A DNA stretch of 64,000 nt, taken from an uncultured bacterium. Lineage in GTDB: Bacteria; Verrucomicrobiota; Verrucomicrobiia; Limisphaerales; UBA8199. Positions 31,673 to 42,379 of this stretch are shown here, one piece after another. The stretch is taken from contig CAVVMW010000018.1 in NCBI GenBank assembly GCA_963749495.1, positions 256,001 to 320,000 on the forward strand, written 5' to 3'. Below the pieces are notes generated by a model. That model did no database searches and was not told where the DNA came from. It was given only the letters and a program-made list of their open reading frames with translations. The position numbers were made by a program, and so were the translations under genes. Within the stretch, counting starts at the first letter, position 1, and each line of letters starts with the position of its first letter.

Positions 31673-32194
31673 ATGTGGATCACTCTCACCACCGCCGACA
31701 TCCTCAGCGAGCTCACCCCCGCCGAGACCGCCGCTCTCCAAACCATCCAGGGCGCCACAGACCAACTGACGCCCATCCTCTCCAAGGCCGTCGCCCAGGC
31801 CCGCGGCGCCATCCGCGCCGGCGGCTATCCCCTGGGCGACGACGGGACCATCCCCGACCAACTCGCCTCGGACGTCACCGCCCTGGCCCGCTGGCGCTGG
31901 CTCACGAGCTTCCCCCAACTCCAGCGCATGCAGACCAAGGAGCGCAAAGACGCCCACGACGCCGCCCGCGAACTCCTCGAGGGCGTCGCCCGCCAAAAAT
32001 TCAACATCGAGCCCCCGCCTGCGCCCGATGGTGCGACCCCAGCTCCCAGCCAGCCCGCCTCGGGCAGTTGGAACAGCGAAAACAAACTCGTCATGCGCAC
32101 CCACCCCATCCCGCCCCCAGCCGTCCAATGGCAGAGCACGGACAACACGCAAGAACCCTACGCCAATCCAAGCGCCCCAACGGATAACACGTGA
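31673..32194 (+). CDS. head-tail adaptor (DUF1320 / Mu gp36-like)
   Basis: MWITLT..ARGAIRAGGYPL..IPDQL..LARWR..RKDAHDAARELL. Confidence 0.75.
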   Translation: MWITLTTADILSELTPAETAALQTIQGATDQLTPILSKAVAQARGAIRAGGYPLGDDGTIPDQLASDVTALARWRWLTSFPQLQRMQTKERKDAHDAARELLEGVARQKFNIEPPPAPDGATPAPSQPASGSWNSENKLVMRTHPIPPPAVQWQSTDNTQEPYANPSAPTDNT

Positions 32195-32255
32195 AGCTTG
32201 AAGGGCCGGACAGAAGACAACTCATCACTAACTGCTGAGTGCCGGCCACTGACCT

Positions 32256-32960
32256 ATGCCCGAACCCGATTTTGTTCAACTGCAGACCGACCTGACCCAG
32301 GCGCTGCTCAGCGAGCCGCTGCTGGCGGCCATCAACGTGATCCAGTACCGCCGGCTCAGGTTGGAGAGCGAAGTGAAGTTTGACGCGGTGTGGCAAACGC
32401 CGCGGGCCGGGCGCAGCGGGTGCGGCGTCCTGGTGGAGATGCCGGTGCTGGAGGTGCTGCACCCGAATGTCTCAGGGCCGCCGGGGAATTTGCTGATTAG
32501 CTGCGCCGTGCTGGAGGAGCCGAGCGCGAATATGAACCCGAGCACCGGCACCCAGATGAGCGCGGAGTGGGTCAGCCGGCTGGTCCTGGACAGTTCGCAC
32601 CACTGGGAAGACGCGGGCGTCGGCGTGATGTCGGCGGAGCGCAGGGCGATTGAGAGCGCGGACGGGTTTGAGGGGCTGGTGGCTTACCGGGTGCGCTGGC
32701 GGTTGCAGGAGGCGGCGCCGGCCATCAGCCGGGTGGCGGCGCCCGTGGCCGTCGTGGCCAATGGCCAGGTGACTCTTTCCTGCGCCACGCCCGCCGCGCA
32801 GATCTACTATGCGGTGGACGCTTCCTTCCCCGGCTCCGCCAACCCCGCCGCCACGCTCTATGCCTGCCCGTTCCCCGCCCCGCCGCCCGGCGCCGTCCTC
32901 CGCTTCGCCGCCTACGCCCCCGCCATGTTCCGCAGCGCCGCCATGACCCAAACCTTCTGA
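32256..32960 (+). CDS. neck/tail-completion protein with C-terminal FN3-associated (chitobiase-like) domain
   Basis: VTLSCATPAAQIYYAVDASFP..YACPF. Confidence 0.6.
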   Translation: MPEPDFVQLQTDLTQALLSEPLLAAINVIQYRRLRLESEVKFDAVWQTPRAGRSGCGVLVEMPVLEVLHPNVSGPPGNLLISCAVLEEPSANMNPSTGTQMSAEWVSRLVLDSSHHWEDAGVGVMSAERRAIESADGFEGLVAYRVRWRLQEAAPAISRVAAPVAVVANGQVTLSCATPAAQIYYAVDASFPGSANPAATLYACPFPAPPPGAVLRFAAYAPAMFRSAAMTQTF

Positions 32961-33003
32961 CCCATCAATCCACTAATCCACTAATCCATCAATCCAATCT
33001 GGT

Positions 33004-33990
33004 ATGAGCACGCTTTACGCCGGTCCCGGCAAAATCTACATGTCCTCCAAGGTCCTCTTTCCCGAGGGCGAAAACGGCGAGATCAAAGCCGAAATCAAAC
33101 AACAGGCCATCAACGTCCTCAGCGGCTTCCACGGACGCGTCACCGCCCTCCAAGGCGATGCTCAGGCCGCCATTAGTCTCACCCCATTCGACAACTGGTC
33201 CGCCCTGGCCCTCCTCTTCCCTTCCTACCTTGGCGTCAGCGTCGGCGCCGCCGCCGGCGCCTTGGTCGTCGGCACCCGCCCACACGGCGCCGGCAACGTC
33301 CCGTGCGACATCTGGACCCCCGATGGCCGCCTCTACGCCTTCACCCGCGCCGCCATCACCAAGCACCCCGATCTCCACCTGGCCATCAACAAGGCCCTAT
33401 TCGGCCCCATCGAGATCACGGCCCTGGTCGGCTCGTCGAAAAAGCTGGGCGATGCCGGCGCCCTCTACACCATCACCGAGACCGGCGCCGCCGACCCCGG
33501 CGGCCAGCAAGGCACCGATTACACCCGAGGCGCCTGGACCGGCGTTTGGGGCGCCTCGCCCGGCGGCCCCGCCGGTTTCGGCGCCGATGGCGCCTCCAGC
33601 CCCGTCGAGGCCGAGGACGAATGGACCATCACGACTGCGATCAAATACTCCCCCTTGCCCGTCCAGCAACTTGTTCGTGCCTTCAAACTCAACAGAGTCG
33701 CTTTCATGGCCAAGGTCCGCCCCTACGGCCCCACCCACACACAGATCAGCACCGCCCTCGCCCTCAACAGCGGCCGGCTTCTCGGCGCCCAGTTCGCCAG
33801 CGCCACTCCTGGCAACAACCTCGTCCTCTCCGGCCCCAACTCCAAGACCATCACACTCAAAAACACGGACATCGTGGGCGCCGGCTTCGAGTTCGGCGGC
33901 ACCAAGCTCGGCACCGGCGAGATCGGCTTCATCTCCACCATGACATTCACCAGCGGCGCCCCCCAGCCGCTCCTGGTCTTTTCGGCCTAA
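33004..33990 (+). CDS. putative tail tube (major tail) protein
   Basis: 328 aa, beta-rich, YAGPGKIY start, position after the neck genes. Confidence 0.6.
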   Translation: MSTLYAGPGKIYMSSKVLFPEGENGEIKAEIKQQAINVLSGFHGRVTALQGDAQAAISLTPFDNWSALALLFPSYLGVSVGAAAGALVVGTRPHGAGNVPCDIWTPDGRLYAFTRAAITKHPDLHLAINKALFGPIEITALVGSSKKLGDAGALYTITETGAADPGGQQGTDYTRGAWTGVWGASPGGPAGFGADGASSPVEAEDEWTITTAIKYSPLPVQQLVRAFKLNRVAFMAKVRPYGPTHTQISTALALNSGRLLGAQFASATPGNNLVLSGPNSKTITLKNTDIVGAGFEFGGTKLGTGEIGFISTMTFTSGAPQPLLVFSA

Positions 33991-34057
33991 CAGGAGCCAA
34001 CAAAGGAAACGCACAGGAACAGGAGCAAACAAAGGAAACAAAGAGGAGAAGAGAACT

Positions 34058-37000
34058 ATGGACGGCCACCCATCACGTTTCACGTTTCATCCGCCCTCCG
34101 TAGCAGGGCTACTGCGGAGGACGGGCGTTTCACGTTTCAGCTTTCTGCTCTTCGTTCTCTTCGTTTCCTTCTGTTCAATTCGGGCTCAGGTCCCCTCCAA
34201 CGTGAGCACCCAGGCTGTCGGCGTCGTCTTCCTCCTGCGCGATTCATCCGGCCAGCCCCTGGCCACCAAGATCACCGTCGCGCCTGCGGCCGAACTCCTG
34301 CTCCAGACCGATCTCACCAACATCTACGCTGGCCTGACCCAGACCCAAACCTCCTCCAACGGCCAGGCCCGCTTCCTCCTTTGGCCTGCCCGCTACTCCG
34401 TCACGGTCCAGGGCCTGCCCCGCGCCTTCACCATCGAGGTCCCCGAAAGCACCAATGATGTGCTCGCCGCCCCGCTCGCCATCGGCCTCACCAGCTACAC
34501 CTACACCAACCCACCCGCCACCATCCTCGTCCAGCAAGGCACTAACTTCGGCCTCGTCAGCACCGACATGCTCTCCCAGGCCGTGTCCGCCATCCGGACC
34601 AACGGGACCCTGGCCGCGCCAACACTCGTCGGCGACATCGGCCTTGGTGGCTTCCCCGGCTCCTCGATCTGGCATTTCACCGATGGCGCCCACAACACCC
34701 GCGGCTGGGGCGACGTCTATGAGTCCATGGACGACACCTCCGCCGACGCCGCCTATGGCTGGACCTGGAGCGGCCCCGAAACCCACTGGGGCGCCGCGAC
34801 CTTCAAAAACGGGATCACCAATGGCGGCTCCATCTACGGCCCGGCCACGCAGCCCGCCCCCCTCGTCGTCCATCCCACCGGCACTCAGGCCGGCCAGCAA
34901 TGGACCGACACCAGCGGCAACGTCACCGCATCAATGAGCGCCTCCGGCGTCCTGAGCGCCAATGGCTCTGGCCTAACCAATGACAACCTGGCCTTTGCCG
35001 CTGGCGTGCCTTCCATTGATCTCACCCATGCCCGCTTGTTTTTCATCGGCGATAGCCTCACCGACAATCGGCTCGGCGGCACATATCACGGTTACACCAA
35101 CTCGTGGGTTAGCTGGCTCACCAACACTCCCCGCTATGTGGGAGTTTGGAACACGAATGCCGGCCACGGCGGCGATGGCGTTGCCCTGGCCACCTCCAAT
35201 ACCATAGCGAATATCCTGCCTCTTTTGCAGCAGACCCATATCGGCACTCAGGACGTGGCTTTCATCTGGATCGGCGCCAATGACACACCCGGCAATTCGC
35301 CCTGGGTCTTTTGGCCGATGTACACGAACCTGGTGCTCATGCTCCAAACCAACGGGGCGCAGGTCGTGCAGTTCACCGTCACGCCCCGGACCAATCTTGG
35401 GCCAGGCCAGGAAACCAACCGCTTCACCTACAACAAGTGGATTCGCGCCGCCGCCCTCGGCAACTATATCGTGGACCCGGCCGCGATGTTCCCGGATTAC
35501 ACTTCCACCAACGATTACCAGGATGGCACACACCTCACCACTAACGCCTGGAAACTCCTGGCCGCCCAGGTGGACAGGGTTTTGCTCACCGGCACAAACA
35601 ACCCGCAATGGTTTGCCTGCCTGCCGGCAGGGTGGAACCAGTACGGCACGCAATTCGAACTCCAGGGAACGGACGGCTCGATTCTTGGAATTGCCGATAC
35701 GACTAACCAAAGCATCCGTTTCGCCACACTGGGCGTCGGAACCACCAACGCAAATGCCGCGAACAAAAACCTGGAGATTGACGGGACCCAAGTTGCGTTC
35801 CGGTTGAATCGCTGGGGAGTTGGAACCTATGATTTGGCCATAAGCGGTTCTTGGGCTGGCGCGGATGCGGTGGATTTTGTGGGCGTGCCCTACCAAGGGA
35901 GTTCCGGCTGGGGTTGGGAGAGCAGCGACGGCGACTGGAATTACCACAAGCTCGTGTTCGACCAGAACGGCTTTCTCGGGATTGGCACCAATATCCCGCA
36001 AAAACTCGTGCACATTGCGGGGAGCTCTCCAGTCCTCCGTATGGAGCGTCCGGGCCTTGGCTCTTATGATTCCACCGTCGCGGGCGGTTCGGCCGGGACT
36101 GACGCTGTGGATTTCAGGTCATTGCCCTATCAACCCTCATCCGGCTGGGATTGGGAAAGCCTCGATGCGGCAGGCAATCCTCACAAGCTCGTGTTCGACC
36201 AGAACGGCTATCTGGGGATCGGCACCAATATCCCGCAAAAACTCGTGCACATTGCAGGGAGACTCTGCAGTCCTCCGTATGGAGCAGCCGGGGCTTGGCT
36301 ACTATGATTCCATCGTCGCGGGTGGATCGGCCGGGACTGACGCTGTGGATTTCAGGTCATTGCCCTATCAACCCTCATCCGGCTGGGATTGGGAAAGCCT
36401 CGATGCGGCAGACAATCCTCACAAGCTCGTGTTCGACCAGAACGGCTATCTGGGGATTGGCACCAATATCCCGCAAAAAACGGTCCACATCGCCGGAATA
36501 GATCCTCAAGTGCGGCTGGAGCGCGCCGCCACTGGGGCATTCGACCAGTTAATCAGCAGCGGTCATTGGACAGGTGATCCCGTGGACTACTATTTTGTCC
36601 CGGCCCAGAGCAGCTCCGGCTGGGTTTTCGTGAGCAAGGATGGCACCGGCTATTGGCGTTACTCCGGGTTGGACATGGCCGGCAATTTCACCGCCGCCGG
36701 CGTGATTACCGGCGCGAATCTCACGATCAGCAGCCTTCCCAGCCAGGGCCTGCTCGCCACCGATGACGGCGGGCGCATCATCGCCGGCACGCCCGGCGCG
36801 GCCAGCGTGGACGTGCAGGTGAATGGCTCCGATGTCCTGGCGGCGGCAACCGCGATTGATTTCGAGCAGGGCGCGGGCGTGACCCTAAGCGGGAGCGCGA
36901 CCGGCTCCAAGGCCACAGTGACTGCTTCGAGCACCGGCGGCGGCGGCGGCTCCATCAATGTGGACACCAACGGCACGCTGCTCTTGAACGGCGCCACCTC

Positions 37001-37988
37001 GCTCAACCTGGCAGGCAGTGCGAGCATCTCGGTGACTGGCACACTGAGCGGGGCGACCGCAACCGTCGCGCCCACCCTGAGCGCGACCGCAACGAACTGG
37101 GTCCTGACGAGCGGTACGAACGCTGCGGCTGCGGCCACCAACCCCGTCCCCGGCTGGATCACCACCGCCACCCAAAACTCCACCAACCCCGTGCCCGCCT
37201 GGGTCCAAAACTCGACCAACCCCGTCCCCGGCTGGATCACCACCGCCACCCAAAACTCGACCAACCCCGTCCCCGGCTGGATCACCACCGCCACCCAAAA
37301 CTCCACCAACCCCGTGCCCGCCTGGGTCCAAAACTCCACCAACCCCGTCCCCGGCTGGATCACCACCGCCACCCAAAACTCCACCAACCCCGTCCCCGGC
37401 TGGATCACCACCGCCGCGCAGAATGCCACCAATGGCCTGACCTCCGCGCTGCTCCAGGCCAAGCTCGGCGGCAGCGTCTATGACGCCTCCGGCGCCGGCA
37501 CTACCGCCGCCCAGAACGCCACCAACGCCTTGAATGCCGCCGCCTTCACTGGCGCGGCCAGCAGCGTAGCCATCGCAAACGTCAGCGCCCCAGGCGTCAT
37601 CATGACCAACGGCGGCACAACCGCCGTAACCTATAGCAATAATGTCACGGTTGATGCCGCTCATGCCTTTGTCGGGGCATTTTTCGCGCCGACCAACCTG
37701 GCAACGACAACGACCTTGACTGCCGGCCTGGCCTATACGACCAACCTTGCGGGCAACGTGACATTGGCCAACTTCGCCGGGATACCCAACAACCAACTTT
37801 GGTCCATCTACCTGCTTTGCACCAACTCGGCCGCAGCCACCTACACAGTCACCTTCCCCGGAGGCTGCGTTGGCCAGGGCCAAGGCACCCCGCCGGTTTA
37901 TTACGTGACCAACGCCACGAGGGCGGAGTTTCAGATCAACGGCTGGGGCACAATCAGCACAAACATCAACTGGTCTCCACATTGGTGA
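34058..37988 (+). CDS. tail fibre/adhesin with signal peptide, SGNH hydrolase domain and GIGT repeats; apparent frameshift near 36258
   Basis: GDSLT..IGAND..DGTHL; GFLGIGTNIP repeats; C-terminal T.T.P..W-type fibre module. Confidence 0.8.
35945..36495 (+). repeat. about 2.3 tandem copies of a ~237-bp coding unit
   Basis: CACAAGCTCGTGTTCGACCAGAACGGC at ~35945, ~36182 and ~36420. Confidence 0.92.
37136..37432 (+). repeat. coding tandem repeat of 45-bp (NSTNPVPGWITTATQ) and 33-bp (NSTNPVPAWVQ) units
   Basis: direct reading. Confidence 0.95.
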
Positions 37989-38926
37989 AAATTAGTCCAG
38001 AGTCCAGAGTCCACCCGCCGCGCCGGAGCGCGAGCGAGGCGGGGAGTCCACACTGCGGAAAGCGCAATGTCGGCAGCCATCGCCTGCGGAGACGGTGGAC
38101 CGTGGACTGCCTGCCCGTCCGGCAGGCGGGTGGACTGTGGACTGTCCTATTGGCCATGGCCTGCCCGGCCTTCGCCCAGTTCGCCCCTCTGCCCGGAAGC
38201 ATTAACGGCTATATTGCCCCCGCCGCGGGAGTCTCGAGCTTCGCCCCCACCAACGAGCCAGCGGGGAGCGGCGCCAATCTCATCTCGTGGTGGCGAGGAG
38301 ATTACATCACGACGAACAGCAGCGTGCAGACGCTGCCCGATCTCGGTGGTGTCCACACATACAGCCTGACGAACCAGGCCGCGAAGACGACCTGGCCCGT
38401 GCCGCAGACCGGAGGCACGCTCACTTTTGACGGCTCAAGCCAGTATCTCCAGTGCTACAAGTATTACGCCGCCGGCCCCCACGAGCTCGTGCTGGCAATC
38501 AAAGTCGAACAGCAATATCCATCGGGGAGCAGCGCGTTTTTGTATGACAGCGCAACCAATTCCAGTGCCCGCAACACTGCCCAGATTTTGACGAATGGGA
38601 AGTGGGAACTCGGTACAGGTGCGGACTCCACGGGCGTCGCTCAAACAAATGCATGGCTCGTTTTTGATGCGCTCCACAACACCGGGACAAGCGGGCAGAT
38701 TTGGACCAATACCGTGGACGCGAGCGGGACCTTGACTCTCACTTCCAGCGCCGAGGACTCGCTCGCCATAGGCTGCCGCTACGGCCAGACCAGCAGCCGG
38801 TTCCTGAAATTCGAGTTGGCTGAGGCCGTGACCTACTCCGCCGCACTCTCGACCGCCTCGCGCTCCAACCTCTATTACTACTTCAAACATTGGTCGCCCG
38901 TGTCCAGCAATCTAGGTTTGCCATGA
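37985..38926 (+). CDS. secreted lectin/LamG-like phage accessory protein
   Basis: GTGA overlap; LLAMACPAFA|Q; WWRGD..FDGSSQYL..AEAVTYSAALS. Confidence 0.7.
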   Translation: MKISPESRVHPPRRSASEAGSPHCGKRNVGSHRLRRRWTVDCLPVRQAGGLWTVLLAMACPAFAQFAPLPGSINGYIAPAAGVSSFAPTNEPAGSGANLISWWRGDYITTNSSVQTLPDLGGVHTYSLTNQAAKTTWPVPQTGGTLTFDGSSQYLQCYKYYAAGPHELVLAIKVEQQYPSGSSAFLYDSATNSSARNTAQILTNGKWELGTGADSTGVAQTNAWLVFDALHNTGTSGQIWTNTVDASGTLTLTSSAEDSLAIGCRYGQTSSRFLKFELAEAVTYSAALSTASRSNLYYYFKHWSPVSSNLGLP

Positions 38927-39066
38927 AAACAGCACTCATCTCGATGGTTGATGTCAACCTAGCGACTGCATTCCGGACCGTTTCCTCAACGGGGACCTAT
39001 ACGAGCACAGCCACGCTGGCCGGCGACACGTCGCACGCCAGTGGGCTTATTGCCACGTTCAAATGA
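38923..39066 (+). pseudogene. 47-aa remnant of a fibre-like gene
   Basis: ATGA-coupled at both ends; MKTALISMVD..RTVSSTGTYTSTATL..IATFK. Confidence 0.5.
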
Positions 39067-39464
39067 AGATCGTCGCCACACCCATACCCTCCGGCACCGC
39101 GGTGACCCTCGGCGACAACAGCGTCGGTGACTTCATTATCGATCCGCCGCCCCTGCCGGTCGAGCGCCGCCAGGTCCAGGAAGAACCTCTCGTCATGGCC
39201 GACCGCGCCTGGGCCACAGGGCGCGGCAACCGCCACACCTCCTGGTCCTGGACCGTCGCCCGCCTTCACGCCGACCAACCCACCGCCGATGCCTTCGTCT
39301 GGACCCACGGCCCCAGCGTCCCCATCAACTGCTCCCTCCAGATCACCGATCCCGGCGGCACCTGGAACTTCTCCAGCGCCGTCATCGAGGAAGTCGCGAT
39401 CATCGAGCAGACCGGCGTCAGCACCAAGACCCGATACACGGTTAGAGGCGCCACGCCAAGTTAA
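39063..39464 (+). CDS. phage tail-associated protein
   Basis: 133 aa, beta-rich, ends YTVRG. Confidence 0.6.
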   Translation: MKIVATPIPSGTAVTLGDNSVGDFIIDPPPLPVERRQVQEEPLVMADRAWATGRGNRHTSWSWTVARLHADQPTADAFVWTHGPSVPINCSLQITDPGGTWNFSSAVIEEVAIIEQTGVSTKTRYTVRGATPS

Positions 39465-39478
39465 GGCTAAAGGTTAAA

Positions 39479-40399
39479 GTGAAAAATCACATGCATCGCC
39501 TCTTCCACGCCCTCGACGAGGTCGTGCCCGGCCTCGGCGCCCTCGTGCAGGCCGCCTTCTCCCCGATCGGCGCCGCCATCTCCATCGCCGCAATGGCACT
39601 CCGCGCATTCCACGAGAAAATCAAGGAGTTCAACCAGGAGATGAGCAAAGCCGAAGAAGAAGCCGCTAAACCCTGCGCCCGCACCATCGAAACCCAGCGC
39701 GACTCCGTCATCCGCGCCGACACCGCCCCCGCCCAATTCAAAGACCGCCTCACCCAGGCCGCCGCCGGCCAGCAGACCGAGCCCGACAAAACCAACCAGG
39801 CCGCCGCGGCGCTCAAGCTCAACATCACCGAGACCGGCCGGCTGGAGGAGGCGCTCAAGCACCGTGAGATGCAGGGCCTCGACCTCGCCCACGACGCCGG
39901 CCTCATGAGCGACGCCGCCTGCTGCCAGGCCATGCTCGAGATCGAGGAAAAACACGCCGAGCGCAAGCGCGCCCTCGATGAGCGCGAAGCCATGTCCGAA
40001 ATCACGGCCAACCGCCGCGCCATCGAAGAGGTCCAGACCCAGCAGCCCGCCCTGGAGGCAAAGGCCGCTGGCGCCGCCGAATTGGACGTGCGCGAAGCCA
40101 TGGCCACTGCTCAGGCCGTGCGCAAGGGCCAGACCGTCTCACCCGAGGCCCAGCAGCGCCTGATGGACACTGCCTCCACGATCGAAGGCCGCCGCCTCAG
40201 CCCCCGCGAAGCCCCCGCCGGCATCCGGAGAACCACCGACACCTCCGGCGGCTTCGCCGAAGAGGTCACCAAGCTCGCCTCCGCCGTGCAAACCCTGGGC
40301 GCCGGCCACCTCAACCTCCGCGGCCAAGTCACCCTCATCCAGCAGCAAGTCCAGCAACTCCAAACCCAGCTCCAAGCCACCCACATCCCCGGCACATAA
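39479..40399 (+). CDS. short or partial tape-measure-like protein
   Basis: amphipathic AAFSPIGAAI segment followed by Ala/Glu/Gln-rich helices. Confidence 0.55.
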   Translation: MKNHMHRLFHALDEVVPGLGALVQAAFSPIGAAISIAAMALRAFHEKIKEFNQEMSKAEEEAAKPCARTIETQRDSVIRADTAPAQFKDRLTQAAAGQQTEPDKTNQAAAALKLNITETGRLEEALKHREMQGLDLAHDAGLMSDAACCQAMLEIEEKHAERKRALDEREAMSEITANRRAIEEVQTQQPALEAKAAGAAELDVREAMATAQAVRKGQTVSPEAQQRLMDTASTIEGRRLSPREAPAGIRRTTDTSGGFAEEVTKLASAVQTLGAGHLNLRGQVTLIQQQVQQLQTQLQATHIPGT

Positions 40400-40470
40400 T
40401 CGGCTATTGGCTATTTGCTATCGGCTATGCCTTTCCCGTTTCCCGTTTCCCGTTTCATCCCTGACGTTTC

Positions 40471-42300
40471 ATGAGCCTCTGGACCATCGCACACGGCGCC
40501 ACCGAAAAGTCCCTCCCCGATTGGGGCCTCTGTGCGGACTTCAGCGCCCAATTCGCCAGCAAGACCCGCGATACCCTCTCCCTCCGCACCGCCGAGCCCT
40601 TCGATTCCGCATCCCCCCAATGGCCCTGGGGCTCCAAGCTCACCGTCTGGCGCGACCGCACCGCCCTCGGCGTGGGTGGCTCTATCTTTTTCCAGGGCTG
40701 CGTCGGCCAGCTCCGCCGCCGCGCCGACGCCGGCCGGGAAGCCATCGGCTACGAACTCTACGGCCCCTGGTGGCTCCTGGAGCGCCTCAAGTTCAAGCAA
40801 GCCCGCAGCGTCTTCAACGGCTGGGTCACCCCCAACGACCCCACCAGCGGCGCAACCCTCCGCACCATCTATACCACGGAAGTCTATCTCGGCGAAAAGG
40901 CCGACGAAACCTGGCAGACCAGCGGACAGCAGATCCTCGAAGTCCTCAATTGGGTCAATGAGTGCTACAACCCCACCAAACGCGGCGCCACGTCCGGACG
41001 CGACAATTCCCAGGACGTGCTTGCAATCGGCACCATTGACCCGGCGCTGAACATCCCCAAATCGCGCCAGAACGACGTCTTCTGCGCCGAAGTCCTCATC
41101 GCCCTGCTCCGCTACAGCCCCGACGCCATCTGCTGGTTCGATTACACCACCAGCCCGCCGACTCTCTACATCCGCTCCGCCGCCAACCTCGCCAACGTCT
41201 CCATAACCATCACCGCTGACCAGGAAGGCAACATCCAACTCGCCCCGCAATACGACCGCCAACTCGCCGGCGTCTGGATCAAATACAAGAAGACCGACAC
41301 CTTCAACGGCGTCGCCTGGCCCCAAATCTACGATGACCGCGCCGATGCCCACGGCTCCGGCCTCTACAACGGCGCCACCCGCCTCTCCGGCCCCGGCGGC
41401 GACCAGATTACCGAATACACCCCCAACGTCTCCACCCACACGTGCGAACTCGAAGGCTCCCAGCTCTCCCGCGTCAGCGCACCCGTCCAGGTCCTGCCCA
41501 TGGCCGGCGCCGTCTCATCCGACGGCCCCACCCGCGCCGCCTGGTGGCTCGCCATTGCCTTGCCCCTCAACGAACCCAATATTGACCCCGCCTCAGTCGC
41601 CGTGGACATCGCGACCGTCACCGACGAATCCGGCAATCCCGTCAACCTCACCGCCTTACCCAGCATGCTCTGGCGTGGCCAGCTCTCATCCTGGATGGGC
41701 GTCAACTGGGTCAACGCCATCATCACCGCCAACGTCAGCTTCACCCGCTACCGCGATGCCGGCAGCCGTGGGATCAAGAACGCCACTATCGAGCAGCAGC
41801 AACTCACCGTCCGCCGCACCCTCACCAACGCCGCCTCCCAGACCTACCGCGCCACGAGCCACTTCGACCCCGGCGAATCCGTGCCCACCGGCATCGCGCA
41901 GGCCATTTACAGCAGCGTCGCCACCCTCCAATACGCCGGCAGCACCCGCTTCACCTCGAGCCAGCTCAAGTCCGGCCTCGGCCTCGGCAACACCCTGACG
42001 CTCCTCGGCCCCAACAACACCTACGCCCCCCTTCTTATCCAGAGCGTCCGCGCCACTCCCCACACCGGCGCCCTCGAAGTCACCTATGGACCCAGCGCCG
42101 TCATTGACGCCCCCGGCCTCATCGAACTTGCCCGCATCTCCCGCTGGCGCATCATTTATAACATGCCCAGCGGCCGTTCCAGTGGCCAGGCTGCCGGCTC
42201 AGCCAACGTCGCCCTCGGCGCCGCCACTCCCAAAGACGACACCCAATGGGGCCACCCCAGCTTCAAATACCACGCCGCCACCGACAAAAAGACTGTATGA
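40471..42300 (+). CDS. putative tail hub/baseplate protein
   Basis: IFFQGCV..GPWWLLERL..LRYSPDAICWFDY; follows the tape measure. Confidence 0.6.
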   Translation: MSLWTIAHGATEKSLPDWGLCADFSAQFASKTRDTLSLRTAEPFDSASPQWPWGSKLTVWRDRTALGVGGSIFFQGCVGQLRRRADAGREAIGYELYGPWWLLERLKFKQARSVFNGWVTPNDPTSGATLRTIYTTEVYLGEKADETWQTSGQQILEVLNWVNECYNPTKRGATSGRDNSQDVLAIGTIDPALNIPKSRQNDVFCAEVLIALLRYSPDAICWFDYTTSPPTLYIRSAANLANVSITITADQEGNIQLAPQYDRQLAGVWIKYKKTDTFNGVAWPQIYDDRADAHGSGLYNGATRLSGPGGDQITEYTPNVSTHTCELEGSQLSRVSAPVQVLPMAGAVSSDGPTRAAWWLAIALPLNEPNIDPASVAVDIATVTDESGNPVNLTALPSMLWRGQLSSWMGVNWVNAIITANVSFTRYRDAGSRGIKNATIEQQQLTVRRTLTNAASQTYRATSHFDPGESVPTGIAQAIYSSVATLQYAGSTRFTSSQLKSGLGLGNTLTLLGPNNTYAPLLIQSVRATPHTGALEVTYGPSAVIDAPGLIELARISRWRIIYNMPSGRSSGQAAGSANVALGAATPKDDTQWGHPSFKYHAATDKKTV

Positions 42301-42379
42301 GTCAGTCCAGCAAGCCCACTGGCGCCCCGTGTCGGCTGCGGAGACTCTGGACTCTGGACTCTGGACTCTGGACTAATTT

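Noticed and set aside
35945..36495. Diversity-generating retroelement TR/VR pair in the fibre gene
   Set aside because: Differences between copies are not adenine-specific (C/G, T/C changes), the copies are tandem coding units, and no reverse transcriptase is in the window.
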